Notes under the pieces: model-generated
The model's database searches: none
Seen by the model: only the letters and a program-made list of their open reading frames with translations
What the model was told of the DNA's origin: nothing
Shown: positions 9,091 to 18,560 of the stretch, piece by piece
Position numbering within the stretch: position 1 is the stretch's first letter
Layout: every line of letters begins with the position of its first letter
Assembly (NCBI GenBank): GCA_045132775.1
Contig: JBGUSX010000143.1
Coordinates: 2,565-66,564 of the forward strand
DNA length: 64,000 bases
Origin: Eubacteriales bacterium
GTDB taxonomy: Bacteria > Bacillota > Clostridia > Oscillospirales > CAG-272
Reading direction: 5' to 3'
Made by a program: the position numbers and the translations under genes

Positions 9091-9870
9091 GTCCTTATTT
9101 ATCAATAAAATCTCAACTATCTCAGGCGGATTAAAAATTCTTGGAATTGGCATTGAATTATTAACTGCACCGCGATTAATTATATGCCGTCCGTCGTGGA
9201 TCCCCGAGGTGTATTTCGGGAAAAGACCTTGATGAGGTGCATAAATTCCGCGGTTAAAGATACGCCATTGTCCACCGTGCGCGTGACCCGAAAGAATAAG
9301 ATCAAGGTTTGAATTTTTTAAATATTTCTCATAGTAATGCGGATAATGACATATTAGTATTTTAAAGCCGAGGCAAGTATCGAGATTTTCAACACAGGAG
9401 AGATCAGGATGGATAAAATGCTTATCCGGATCAGTATCATCCCCACAAACAATACCCCCGATATGCAATGTATTACCGTTAATGCAAACCTCTTCATAAG
9501 TGTCATTTATGAGATGTATTCCCAAAGAAAGTATTTTTTCAATATTATTTTTTTCAATATCTGAATTTGGAATACGGTTGATCTTCTTGGTTGCGTGGGA
9601 GTAATATACCTCGTGGTTTCCAAAGCAGTAATAGATCGGTGCAATATCTTTGATCGCTTCTATGAATTTTATAGCATTGATATTGCGTTTTTCCATATAT
9701 TCATTTGCAACCTCAAATATGTCCCCCGCAAGCAAAATAAGATCAGGCCTCATACTCCTTAATGCCTCAATTACTTTACTCGGATCGCGTCCGTGCAGAT
9801 CCGAAACACAGGCGAGAGATAGCGGCGTATTTATTTTTTCTGTTTCAACAGTATATTTAGTGATTTTCAT
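9076..9870 (-). CDS. Calcineurin-like metallophosphoesterase
   Basis: 264 aa with motifs VSDLHGR, GDIFE, GNHE and SGHAHGG. Its start is 11 nt downstream of the ComEC stop. Confidence 0.85.
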   Translation of the reverse strand: MKITKYTVETEKINTPLSLACVSDLHGRDPSKVIEALRSMRPDLILLAGDIFEVANEYMEKRNINAIKFIEAIKDIAPIYYCFGNHEVYYSHATKKINRIPNSDIEKNNIEKILSLGIHLINDTYEEVCINGNTLHIGGIVCGDDTDPDKHFIHPDLSCVENLDTCLGFKILICHYPHYYEKYLKNSNLDLILSGHAHGGQWRIFNRGIYAPHQGLFPKYTSGIHDGRHIINRGAVNNSMPIPRIFNPPEIVEILLINKDRKTR

Positions 9871-9881
9871 TCATACCTCAC

Positions 9882-12191
9882 CTATTTGTCAAGATAGTAT
9901 TCCATCTCTTCGGATACTACGTAATATGATGCCAAAGACCGCTCGGGAATGATGAAGAATCCCGCCCGTATCTCATCTGCAAAAGCCACAGATCGTATCT
10001 TGTCCATATTTTGTATGGTATATTCGGTTTTGGTTTTCGGGCCTCTGTTACCGAATATTACGTGTTTTGATTTTGAAAAATAAAATTCAGCTTGTTCGAC
10101 GATTTCAGTCTCGTTCAATGCGGGAGCGGCATACGTGAGCTGTTCCTTTCCCGTGAATACGGTGAGCACTGAAACGGGTACGGTAGAGCGGTCAATGTAG
10201 TCGTTTATATGTTGAATCGTAGTATGCTCAAAAGCATACAAGGAGTCACCAAGATCATAGAGAAAAACATCAACCGAATTTTGCGCAGCATATTCGTACA
10301 GTCTCTCCATTTTCGAATATTCGTCACTGTTTTGCGGAGTCGGGAGCCATACTTCCCTTACCCTGTTTGTCTCAAAGATGTAAAAAAGTGTTGCATTGTG
10401 TTGATTTGTGTATCTTGTCAACATAATAACGTCTATCTCTGTTGCACGGGTCTCGTACATTTCGTCCAGTGCTACCCGATACGTTGACTTGCTTCCGTTT
10501 GAAATATCGCAGAATACGACATCACGTTCGTTGGAAAGCACGAGCATATCCGAATTAGACGATGCGTTGATATAGGATACCTTTAGCTTGTCCTGATTCT
10601 GATACTCATATACCGCCATCGTGCCTATGAAAAGAGTGAGGCAAACAGCAAACGGTACGAGACTTGTAAACGGATTGTTACGCTTGATAATGAATGAGTA
10701 AAGCAATGCTGAAGCCAACACTATTGCCATAAGTATGGCAAACGGATAATTCAGAGATACTACAACGTCTTCCATTTCGGAGACGTAAGCACACCAATCG
10801 AACATAATGTTCGACATGATCTTTATTACCTTGACTATTATTTCGGATATAAGCGGCAGATTATGTAGCGGAAGAAGAATGAGCGAGAGGAATATGATCA
10901 CAGTGGTCGGAATCGCGAGAACGACCGATGATATTGCGCTGGCATAGGATAATTCCTTTGTAAAGATGCAGGTCACTGCCAGGAGCGGCAATATGGCGGC
11001 AAGACCGGTGACAAACGCAGTAATTATTGAGAAAAGAGCCTTATATAGCGAGTGCTTGAACTTGTCGTCGTATTTTGATAGACACTGATTAAAAAAGTCG
11101 TTGACGGGTGGCAAAAAGACCAGTATTCCGAGAGTTGCCGAAAAAGACATCCAGAATCCCGCATCGGCAACCGCACCGGGAGAAAACAGCATGATAAGCG
11201 TTCCTGCGATCGACAGTGACGTTAGCGAATCGGGTACGCCCGAGATAAGCATTGAAAGATAGACAACAAGTAGCATAATCACTGCTCTCGTTGCAGAAAG
11301 AGAAAAACCCGTTATTCCGAGGTATACTACAGCAAAGATCGATAGTGTAATTGCTATGAGCCATCTTTTTCGTGTGAGCCTTTTCATAATAAACATTGCA
11401 ATGCCCATGATAATGCTCATGTGAAGACCGCTCAAAGCAAGAATATGAGATGCACCCGCGCGACGAAAGTCTCGTTGAGTCGCATTTTGTAGAAGATCCT
11501 TATTTCCGAGTAAAAGAGCGGATGCAAGGTTTCCCTCCTCGCCTCCAATACTGTTTGTAAGAATAGACGAGAGATCATAGTTAATTCCTTCGAATGTCAG
11601 ATCATCCGAAGCGTATTCCACTACGTCTATGCCATCCTCATTTTCCGAGGTATAGATAACGAAAATGTTATCAGAGTGGAGAGATGTCTTTTCGTCGTAT
11701 CGTCCCGGTGTTGTGTTGGGGAGAGACGCAGTGGCATTGACAGTTATTCTGTCCCCTGTTCGCAACGCAGCAGAGTACTCACATACAAGTAATGCTTTGT
11801 GAGTATCCTTTTCGTTATTGACGTTAAGTACCTCTACAACGTAATTTGATACAAAATTTGTTTGTGACATTACAGAGGTGACCGTTGCATCGACGCTATA
11901 TGTTTTACCGTCCATTTCTGCGCGTTTTTTATAGACTGTATCGTAATGAAGAAACGAGCCGGTCAAAGATAGTGTCGCCATTAAAATACAGAGAGACGTG
12001 CATAACAGAAGATGCTTTCTCTCGGCAGAATAGCGTTTAGCGAGTATAAGGACCAAGGAAACGATCAGTCCGACCGCTAACAAGGAGATAATGATCAGCT
12101 TTGCATTTCCGGGAATAAAATATCCTAACACGGAGCAACCTATAAACAGCATGCAGGATGTGAAAAGAGGTCTGTTTGAGAATATATCCAT
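9882..12191 (-). CDS. comEC: ComEC/Rec2-family DNA internalisation channel protein with a degenerate C-terminal beta-lactamase-like domain
   Basis: The competence-domain signature is RRAGASHILALSGLHMSII, with many TM helices. The start is chosen at MDIFSNRPLF (12191, RBS AAAGGAAG) rather than the ORF maximum at 12284. The C-terminus lacks DVGQGD and HxHxDH. Confidence 0.85.
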   Translation of the reverse strand: MDIFSNRPLFTSCMLFIGCSVLGYFIPGNAKLIIISLLAVGLIVSLVLILAKRYSAERKHLLLCTSLCILMATLSLTGSFLHYDTVYKKRAEMDGKTYSVDATVTSVMSQTNFVSNYVVEVLNVNNEKDTHKALLVCEYSAALRTGDRITVNATASLPNTTPGRYDEKTSLHSDNIFVIYTSENEDGIDVVEYASDDLTFEGINYDLSSILTNSIGGEEGNLASALLLGNKDLLQNATQRDFRRAGASHILALSGLHMSIIMGIAMFIMKRLTRKRWLIAITLSIFAVVYLGITGFSLSATRAVIMLLVVYLSMLISGVPDSLTSLSIAGTLIMLFSPGAVADAGFWMSFSATLGILVFLPPVNDFFNQCLSKYDDKFKHSLYKALFSIITAFVTGLAAILPLLAVTCIFTKELSYASAISSVVLAIPTTVIIFLSLILLPLHNLPLISEIIVKVIKIMSNIMFDWCAYVSEMEDVVVSLNYPFAILMAIVLASALLYSFIIKRNNPFTSLVPFAVCLTLFIGTMAVYEYQNQDKLKVSYINASSNSDMLVLSNERDVVFCDISNGSKSTYRVALDEMYETRATEIDVIMLTRYTNQHNATLFYIFETNRVREVWLPTPQNSDEYSKMERLYEYAAQNSVDVFLYDLGDSLYAFEHTTIQHINDYIDRSTVPVSVLTVFTGKEQLTYAAPALNETEIVEQAEFYFSKSKHVIFGNRGPKTKTEYTIQNMDKIRSVAFADEIRAGFFIIPERSLASYYVVSEEMEYYLDK

Positions 12192-12262
12192 ACTATAAAG
12201 ACTTCCTTTTTGACAGTTTTCAATAACTTGTGACAAAAAATACAACTTTTTTGAAAAAACTA

Positions 12263-12291
12263 TTGACAAAGCTAAAAAAAGCATATATAAT
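12263..12291 (+). promoter_or_regulatory. Consensus sigma-A promoter of the ACP gene
   Basis: TTGACA (12263-12268), a 17-nt spacer and TATAAT (12286-12291), followed by AGGAGG and ATG at 12338. Confidence 0.75.
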
Positions 12292-12337
12292 AGTCAACGT
12301 TATATTTTTAATATTTTTACATTTAGGAGGAAAAGAA

Positions 12338-12565
12338 ATGTTTGAGAAGTTTAAGGAGTTATTGGTCAACGAGCTCCAGATCAAAGAGAATATGATCACA
12401 CTTGACGCAGAGCTTGCATCCGATCTTGGCATCAATTCTATCGAGCTTGCAGATCTCGTTATGATCTGTGAGGAGCAGTTTGATCTCTGCATTGAGGATG
12501 AGGACCTTCACTCATTCATCACCGTAGGTGACGTTGTCAACTATCTCGAGGCAAATTTCAACTGA
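12338..12565 (+). CDS. Acyl carrier protein (stand-alone)
   Basis: 75 aa, acidic, with a phosphopantetheine-site motif DLGINSIELADLVM. AGGAGG RBS. No fab/pks/nrps neighbours. Confidence 0.85.
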   Translation: MFEKFKELLVNELQIKENMITLDAELASDLGINSIELADLVMICEEQFDLCIEDEDLHSFITVGDVVNYLEANFN

Positions 12566-12595
12566 TATAATATCGGTTACTTTTTACATATAACT

Positions 12596-12626
12596 GGCTA
12601 TCTTTTAAAGATGGCCTTTTATTTTT
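12596..12626 (+). terminator. Rho-independent terminator of the ACP gene
   Basis: GGCTATCTT-TTA-AAGATGGCC (one G-U pair) followed by TTTTATTTTT. Confidence 0.8.
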
Positions 12627-13491
12627 ATAAAGGATAGCACAGGTGCGCAACGGCACCAAACTCTTTTGCGGAAGATACTGCTTTCTCTGCCTTTTCGGTA
12701 TCAGCAAATACTCCGAAAACAGAGGTTCCGCTTCCGCTCATCATAGCGCAAAGTGCCCCGTGGGACATCATAATGCCCTTTAACTCGGTTACACAAGTGC
12801 GGCAGGGCTCCACGACCGATTCAAAGATGTTGAACATGCCTTTTGTATATTCAGCAAGCTCATTGACGGAATTGTTTGAGAGGAGCAATTCCAGTTGCTC
12901 AAATTTGGGCATATATCCTTCAAACCTATCGTACTTTTCGTCAAGTGAGCGATAAGCCGCAGGTGTGGACATTCCCTCTCCTTTTCTTGCAATTACTATT
13001 GGAAGGTGTGGCATAGATGATACATTTTCAAGAATGTCACCTGTACCGCGTGCGATCGCGGCTCCCATTTCAATACAGAAAGGAACGTCTGCCCCGAGCT
13101 TGTTTCCTATCGCCTTCAGCTCGTCCTTGGATATTTTGTTCCCCGTCAGTTCGTTTAAAGCAATAAGAGTAGCGGCGGCGTCGGCACTTCCGCCGGCAAG
13201 ACCTGCTTGCATGGGGATCGATTTTTTAATGTGAATATATATTCTACCGGTGTTTATCGGGAAAAATCGTGCCGCTTTGTGTGCAAGATTCTTTTCATTA
13301 CAGGGTACGTCTGTGTCAGAACAGGAAATTGTGATATCGTATTCTTCGTCAGGTAGGTATTCCACGGTAACGGTGTCGTGAAGACTTACGCTTTGCATAA
13401 GGCTGATTATATTGTGATACCCGTCCTCACGGACAGACTCCATATCAAGAAACAGATTGATCTTGGCATAGGCATTAACCGTCGTTTTCAT
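12625..13491 (-). CDS. ispE: 4-diphosphocytidyl-2-C-methyl-D-erythritol kinase
   Basis: 288 aa with AKINLFLD near the N-terminus and the GHMP kinase motif PMQAGLAGGSADAAA. Confidence 0.9.
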   Translation of the reverse strand: MKTTVNAYAKINLFLDMESVREDGYHNIISLMQSVSLHDTVTVEYLPDEEYDITISCSDTDVPCNEKNLAHKAARFFPINTGRIYIHIKKSIPMQAGLAGGSADAAATLIALNELTGNKISKDELKAIGNKLGADVPFCIEMGAAIARGTGDILENVSSMPHLPIVIARKGEGMSTPAAYRSLDEKYDRFEGYMPKFEQLELLLSNNSVNELAEYTKGMFNIFESVVEPCRTCVTELKGIMMSHGALCAMMSGSGTSVFGVFADTEKAEKAVSSAKEFGAVAHLCYPL

Positions 13492-13603
13492 ATCGGATTT
13501 CCTTTCACGAATAAATATACCTTTTAATTATACATTCTATATGTTATTATTTTGTGAATATTTTAAAATTTTAATTAAATTGTCTCAATGCCGTTTAATT
13601 CCC

Positions 13604-13632
13604 TTGACTTATTGATAAAAAAATATTATAAT
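13604..13632 (+). promoter_or_regulatory. Sigma-A-type promoter of htpG
   Basis: TTGACT (13604-13609), a 17-nt spacer and TATAAT (13627-13632). Confidence 0.7.
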
Positions 13633-13686
13633 ATAAAATGTATAGCGGTGTATTCATCGACAAACACAATCAAACGGAGAAACACA

Positions 13687-15543
13687 ATGAACGATCAAAA
13701 CATGAAAAAAGGCGGTATATCGGTCCAGACCGAGCATATCTTCCCTATAATCAAAAAATGGCTTTATTCCGAAAAGGATATCTTTTTGAGAGAAATTGTA
13801 TCAAACGCTACGGACGCGATCACAAAGCTGAAGAGACTCTCCTCCCTTGGTCAGTATGACGACGGCGGCGAGACGTACAGTGTCAGAGTAACGCTTGATA
13901 AGGATGCAAAAACGCTTACTGTATCGGACAACGGTATCGGTATGACTAAGGAAGAGCTTGAGAAATACATCTGCTCTATCGCACTCTCGGGTGCACTCGA
14001 TTTTATTCAGAAATACGATGAAAACAATCAGAACAACGGAATAATAGGGCACTTCGGTCTCGGTTTTTACTCCTCGTTTATGGTTTCGGATAAAGTCGAG
14101 CTTGTGACCCGTTCTTACACGTCCGACTCTGCAACACATTGGGTATGCAACGGTGCGGGAGAGTATGAGATCGATAAAGCAGAGCGAGACACGCACGGAA
14201 CCGACGTTATAATGCACATTTCATCGGAAGAAGCGGACTATCTTGACGAATTCAAGGTAAGAGGAATACTTGAGAAGTATTGCTCGTTTATGTCTGTTGA
14301 TATCTACTTTGATGTCGTAAAGGATGAAGAAACAGATCACAAAGCAGAAAAAACAGAGATAAAGCCCATCAATGACACCCAACCTCTATGGCTGAAAAAT
14401 GCATCAGATTGTTCAGAGGATGAGTACAAGGACTTTTACAAGAAGGTATTTAGCGATTTTAAGGATCCGCTCTTCCACATTCATATCAATGCGGATTATC
14501 CCCTTAACTTCAAGGGAGTTCTCTATTTTCCCTCCCGCATGAACGATTATGAATCCTATGAGGGACAGGTAAAGCTTTTCTATAACCAGGTATTCGTTGC
14601 TGACGACATAAAGGAGATAATACCCGATTTTCTTCTTATGCTCAAAGGTGTTCTCGACTGTCCGGAGCTTCCTTTGAACGTTTCAAGAAGCTACTTGCAG
14701 GATAACGCTTACGTGAAAAAGGTTGCAGCTCACATCGTTAAAAAGGTTGCAGATAAGATAACTTCACTTTGCAACAACGATCGCGAAACTTATGAGAAGA
14801 TATGGGGTGAGCTCAAGATATTCTTTGAGTACGCTTCCCTTCGTGACAGAAAGTTTTATGACAGAGTAAAATCATCATACCTTTTGGAGCTTGTCGACGG
14901 CTCATATATGACTCTTTCGGAATATCTTGATTATTGTAAGGAAAAACATGAAAACACGGTTTATTACGCTACCGATAAGGCTGTACAGGCGCAGTATATC
15001 TCGATGTTTGAGTCCGAGGGCATAAATGTCGCGCTTCTCTCTCATCAGCTTGATACGCAGTTTGTGACAATGTGTGAGAGCATCAATGCGGAGATAAAGT
15101 ATAAGAGGATCGACTCCGACGTTGCGGATATCCTTAAGTCCGACGAATCGACCACCGAGAACGATGAAACACTTATCGATCTCTTCAAGAAAGCAAGCAA
15201 GAGCGAGACGCTTGAGGTCAAGTTTGAAGGCTTGAAGGACGTATCGGTTCCCGCTATTCTTACCGTATCCGAGGAATCAAGGCGAATGGAAGAGATGATG
15301 AGGATGTATTCAAGTATGGGAATGAATGTTGGCGAGTCCTTCCCCGTTGAGTATACACTGATCTTAAATTCATCGTCTCCTCTTGTAAAAAAGATATCCG
15401 AGGTAAGAGCGGATGACGAAGAAAAAGCATCTCTTATGGCAAGTGCTATCTATAAGCTTGCACTCATATCGCAAAGACATCTTTCTGCTGAAGAATTGAA
15501 GGACTTTCTTTCTGATAGCTTCAAGATCCTCGAAACGCTTTGA
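13687..15543 (+). CDS. htpG: Molecular chaperone HtpG (Hsp90)
   Basis: The start is at MNDQNMKKG.. (internal ATG of the 13588 ORF, after GGAG). It has the Hsp90 N-terminal signature IFLRELVSNATDA-like (IFLREIVSNATDAITKL) and DNGIGMT. Confidence 0.95.
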   Translation: MNDQNMKKGGISVQTEHIFPIIKKWLYSEKDIFLREIVSNATDAITKLKRLSSLGQYDDGGETYSVRVTLDKDAKTLTVSDNGIGMTKEELEKYICSIALSGALDFIQKYDENNQNNGIIGHFGLGFYSSFMVSDKVELVTRSYTSDSATHWVCNGAGEYEIDKAERDTHGTDVIMHISSEEADYLDEFKVRGILEKYCSFMSVDIYFDVVKDEETDHKAEKTEIKPINDTQPLWLKNASDCSEDEYKDFYKKVFSDFKDPLFHIHINADYPLNFKGVLYFPSRMNDYESYEGQVKLFYNQVFVADDIKEIIPDFLLMLKGVLDCPELPLNVSRSYLQDNAYVKKVAAHIVKKVADKITSLCNNDRETYEKIWGELKIFFEYASLRDRKFYDRVKSSYLLELVDGSYMTLSEYLDYCKEKHENTVYYATDKAVQAQYISMFESEGINVALLSHQLDTQFVTMCESINAEIKYKRIDSDVADILKSDESTTENDETLIDLFKKASKSETLEVKFEGLKDVSVPAILTVSEESRRMEEMMRMYSSMGMNVGESFPVEYTLILNSSSPLVKKISEVRADDEEKASLMASAIYKLALISQRHLSAEELKDFLSDSFKILETL

Positions 15544-15545
15544 TC

Positions 15546-16475
15546 ATGGGACTTATTTATTCCGATATACCAGAGCTTGAAGGGACAGATACCGAAACTG
15601 TATTATCTAACCTTCGTAATCTTGAAAAGGAGCTCGGCGAAACGTTTGAAAAAAGAATAGCACACATCTGCGAGCTTGCACACGCAATAATTAAAGACGG
15701 CGGAGATATCGACGTTGTAAAAAGCATTATTTTGTCAATTCGATCGGATGGCGAAATATCCCCGATATCAGTACTCGATGACAATGAAAAAGAGCTGAAA
15801 ATGCTCTTTTCAGGTATTTCTGTAATAGAAAGGCTTTTAATTTTCAAGGCGATATTCAGTGAAAGGTTTTCAGAGGATCTGCGTAGCTATTCTTCTTCGC
15901 CGGTAGCAGAAAAGGCTTTGGGAAGAATCGCGTACGTGAAAAATTCGTTCAATGATGCCGCTTTTGAACAGTTTTCAAATCTTATCGAAGGAGCCAAGGC
16001 TGCTTATTTTGATAATTTATCCGACGTGTGCGAGAGCGTACTCTCCGGATACGCGCAATATTGTATTTTACCCATTGAAACGGGTAAGGACGGGAGACTT
16101 TTGTCGTTCTATGAAACGATAACGTCAAACAATTTAAAGATAAACGCAGAATTTGATCTTAAGAGCTCAGACGGAGATACCTACACGCGATATGCGCTTG
16201 TAGCCGCGTCAATTCAAACGAGAAAAACAAAAAGCGGTCAAAGATTTTTGGAAATAAGCTATTCCGACACCGATAATCTGTCGATCAAGGATATAATTTC
16301 AGCCGCTGAATTTTGCGGATTGAACGTATGCAGTATTGATACGTTGTTTTCAGGTGACGAAAAAAACGTAAATATCGTTTTTGAGAGTAACGGAGCGGAT
16401 ATAAAAACATTTGCAACGTATCTGTCAGTTGACTGCCCCGACCACACGGTGATCGGGTATTATCAAAGATTTTAA
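15546..16475 (+). CDS. Hypothetical protein with a prephenate-dehydratase-like (PDT) and ACT-like architecture, probably non-catalytic
   Basis: The ATG is 3 nt after the htpG stop (an alternative TTG at 15540 overlaps it). Residues ~128-210 (GRIAYVKNSFNDAAFEQF...YCILPIETGKDGRLLSFYETI) follow the PDT pattern, and the C-terminus is ACT-like. I did not see the ESRP-type motif. Confidence 0.5.
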   Translation: MGLIYSDIPELEGTDTETVLSNLRNLEKELGETFEKRIAHICELAHAIIKDGGDIDVVKSIILSIRSDGEISPISVLDDNEKELKMLFSGISVIERLLIFKAIFSERFSEDLRSYSSSPVAEKALGRIAYVKNSFNDAAFEQFSNLIEGAKAAYFDNLSDVCESVLSGYAQYCILPIETGKDGRLLSFYETITSNNLKINAEFDLKSSDGDTYTRYALVAASIQTRKTKSGQRFLEISYSDTDNLSIKDIISAAEFCGLNVCSIDTLFSGDEKNVNIVFESNGADIKTFATYLSVDCPDHTVIGYYQRF

Positions 16476-16505
16476 ACATTGAATACATTTGAAAGGAATA
16501 AAAAA

Positions 16506-16760
16506 ATGGAACACATTACTTATCAGACTCGCGGAGTATGCTCAAGACAGATCGATATGGATATCGAGAACGGAGTAATCGTTGATGCAAAATTTACGGG
16601 AGGATGTTCCGGAAATACTCAGGGAGTGGCGGCGCTTGTTGTCGGAATGACGGTTGAGGAGGCTATCAAGCGTCTTCGTGGAATCAAGTGCGGATTCAAG
16701 TCGACCTCCTGCCCCGATCAGCTTGCAGTTGCGCTTGAGGAGCATATAGCTGGAAAATAA
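16506..16760 (+). CDS. TSCPD-domain protein (TIGR03905-like)
   Basis: 84 aa starting MEHITYQTRGVCSRQIDMDIENGVI..GGCSGNTQG..STSCPDQLA, the typical small TSCPD family. Confidence 0.8.
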   Translation: MEHITYQTRGVCSRQIDMDIENGVIVDAKFTGGCSGNTQGVAALVVGMTVEEAIKRLRGIKCGFKSTSCPDQLAVALEEHIAGK

Positions 16761-16801
16761 TACGTATAATACACCAAATAAATAATTTGAAAGGAATCTA
16801 T

Positions 16802-18517
16802 ATGGAAAAGTACCTCGAGAACTACAAAAAATGGCTCGCGTCAGACGTGCTCTCGGACGATGAAAAGAACGAGCTTCGTAACATTGCAAACGATGAAAAC
16901 GAAATAAAGATCCGTTTTTCGTCGGGTCTTACCTTTGGTACCGCAGGACTCCGCGGTATTATGAAGGTGGGAATGAACGCAATGAACGTTTATACCGTAG
17001 CACAGGCAACACAGGGACTTGCAAATCTTATTCATAAGGAAGGAAGAGCGCAGGATGGAGTTGTTATCGCCTGCGACTCAAGAAATAACTCCGAGCTCTT
17101 TGCTCGTGTTTCCGCCGAGGTTTTGGCAGCTTCAGGCATTAAGACCTGGATATTTGATGCTCTCCGCCCCACCCCCGAGCTTTCCTTTGCTATTCGTGAG
17201 CTGGGTTGCGTTGCGGGTATCAATATCACCGCATCGCACAATCCGAAGCAGTATAACGGATATAAGGCTTATTGGGAGGATGGTGCACAGCTTCCCCCCG
17301 AGCATGCGAACACAGTATATTCAGAGATTTGCAAGCTTGATATCTTCAACGATGTAAAGAGAGTCGATTTTGACGGTGCGGTTGCCGAAGGCAAGATCAC
17401 TGTGATCGGAAGTGAGATGGATGAGAAATATCTTGCAAAGGTACAGGAGCAGCTTGTAAATCCCGATGCGGTAAAAGCAGTGGCAGACGAGCTTAAGATC
17501 GTCTACACTCCCCTTCACGGTACGGGTCATAAGCTTGTACCCGAGATACTCTCGCGCATTGGTCTCAAGCATCTTTACAAGGTTGAGGAGCAGTTTAAGA
17601 TAGACGGCAATTTCCCCACCGTAGAGAAGCCAAATCCCGAGTACGCAGAGGTTTTCAAGCTCGGTATAGACATTGCAAACGAGGTTGGAAGCAGTCTGAT
17701 CATAGCTACGGACCCCGATGCTGACCGTGTTGGAGTTATGGCGAGGACAAAGGACGGAAGCTTCCGCACTATCACGGGTAACCAGATGGGCGCACTTCTT
17801 CTTGACTATATCATCACCGCATACGAGGAGACGAATACCATGCCGCCTCTTCCCTACGCCGTCAAATCCATCGTTTCTACTGAGCTTGTAACCAAGATCT
17901 GCGCGGCTCACAACGTGGAAATGTTCAACGTTCTTACAGGCTTTAAATTCATCGGTGAGGTTATTAAGAATCACGAAAAGAGCGGAGAGGGCTCGTTCCT
18001 CTTCGGATTTGAGGAGAGCTACGGATATCTTAAGGGTACGTACGCAAGAGATAAGGACGCAGTGGTCGCCTCAATGCTCATCTGCGAGATGACCGCATAC
18101 TACTACGCAAAGAACATGACTCTCTGCGATGCACTTGACGGACTCTTTGAAAAATACGGCTTCTGCCGTGAATTCAACGTTGAGATATATATGGAAGGTG
18201 TTGAAGGACCCGCAAAGATGGCGGCGCTTCTCGACTCATACAGAGCAAACACTCCCGCTTCTCTCGGCGGTGTCGCCGTCAAGACCTTTGGAGACTATCA
18301 GGCTGAAATATTTGTCGATATCGCGAGCGGAGAAAAGACACCTACAGGACTTCCAAGATCCAATATGCTCTGCTTCAAGCTTGAAAACGGAGACGTCGTT
18401 ATCGTACGTCCTTCCGGAACCGAGCCTAAAGTCAAATTCTACTTCCTCGTAATCGCTCCCAACGAGTCTGAGGCAAACGCAAGAATTGACGCATACAGAA
18501 AAACACTTAATGTATAA
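16802..18517 (+). CDS. Phosphoglucomutase / phosphomannomutase family protein
   Basis: The active-site loop is TASHNPKQYNGYK, with the Mg-binding motif ATDPDADR. The start is at MEKYLENY after the AAAGGA RBS. Confidence 0.9.
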   Translation: MEKYLENYKKWLASDVLSDDEKNELRNIANDENEIKIRFSSGLTFGTAGLRGIMKVGMNAMNVYTVAQATQGLANLIHKEGRAQDGVVIACDSRNNSELFARVSAEVLAASGIKTWIFDALRPTPELSFAIRELGCVAGINITASHNPKQYNGYKAYWEDGAQLPPEHANTVYSEICKLDIFNDVKRVDFDGAVAEGKITVIGSEMDEKYLAKVQEQLVNPDAVKAVADELKIVYTPLHGTGHKLVPEILSRIGLKHLYKVEEQFKIDGNFPTVEKPNPEYAEVFKLGIDIANEVGSSLIIATDPDADRVGVMARTKDGSFRTITGNQMGALLLDYIITAYEETNTMPPLPYAVKSIVSTELVTKICAAHNVEMFNVLTGFKFIGEVIKNHEKSGEGSFLFGFEESYGYLKGTYARDKDAVVASMLICEMTAYYYAKNMTLCDALDGLFEKYGFCREFNVEIYMEGVEGPAKMAALLDSYRANTPASLGGVAVKTFGDYQAEIFVDIASGEKTPTGLPRSNMLCFKLENGDVVIVRPSGTEPKVKFYFLVIAPNESEANARIDAYRKTLNV

Positions 18518-18526
18518 CAAAAGCTA

Positions 18527-18560
18527 TGGGACCTCTCAATGAGCGGTCCCATAATTTTTT
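18527..18560 (+). terminator. Rho-independent terminator (after the phosphosugar mutase, between convergent genes)
   Basis: TGGGACC..CTC-AAT-GAG..GGTCCCA followed by TAATTTTTTATTTT. Confidence 0.8.

Noticed and set aside
12192-12284. Longer N-termini are offered by the ORF track for comEC (12284), ACP (12230), htpG (13588), TSCPD (16479), the mutase (16787), the aminopeptidase (28028), prs (37535), tsaE (43935), AraC (51452), rhaA (54777), the response regulator (61321) and the 8-TM protein (63031).
   Set aside because: In each case an internal ATG is preceded by a GGAGG-like RBS at 6-10 nt and coincides with the conserved family N-terminus. The extensions run through promoters, terminators or neighbouring genes.
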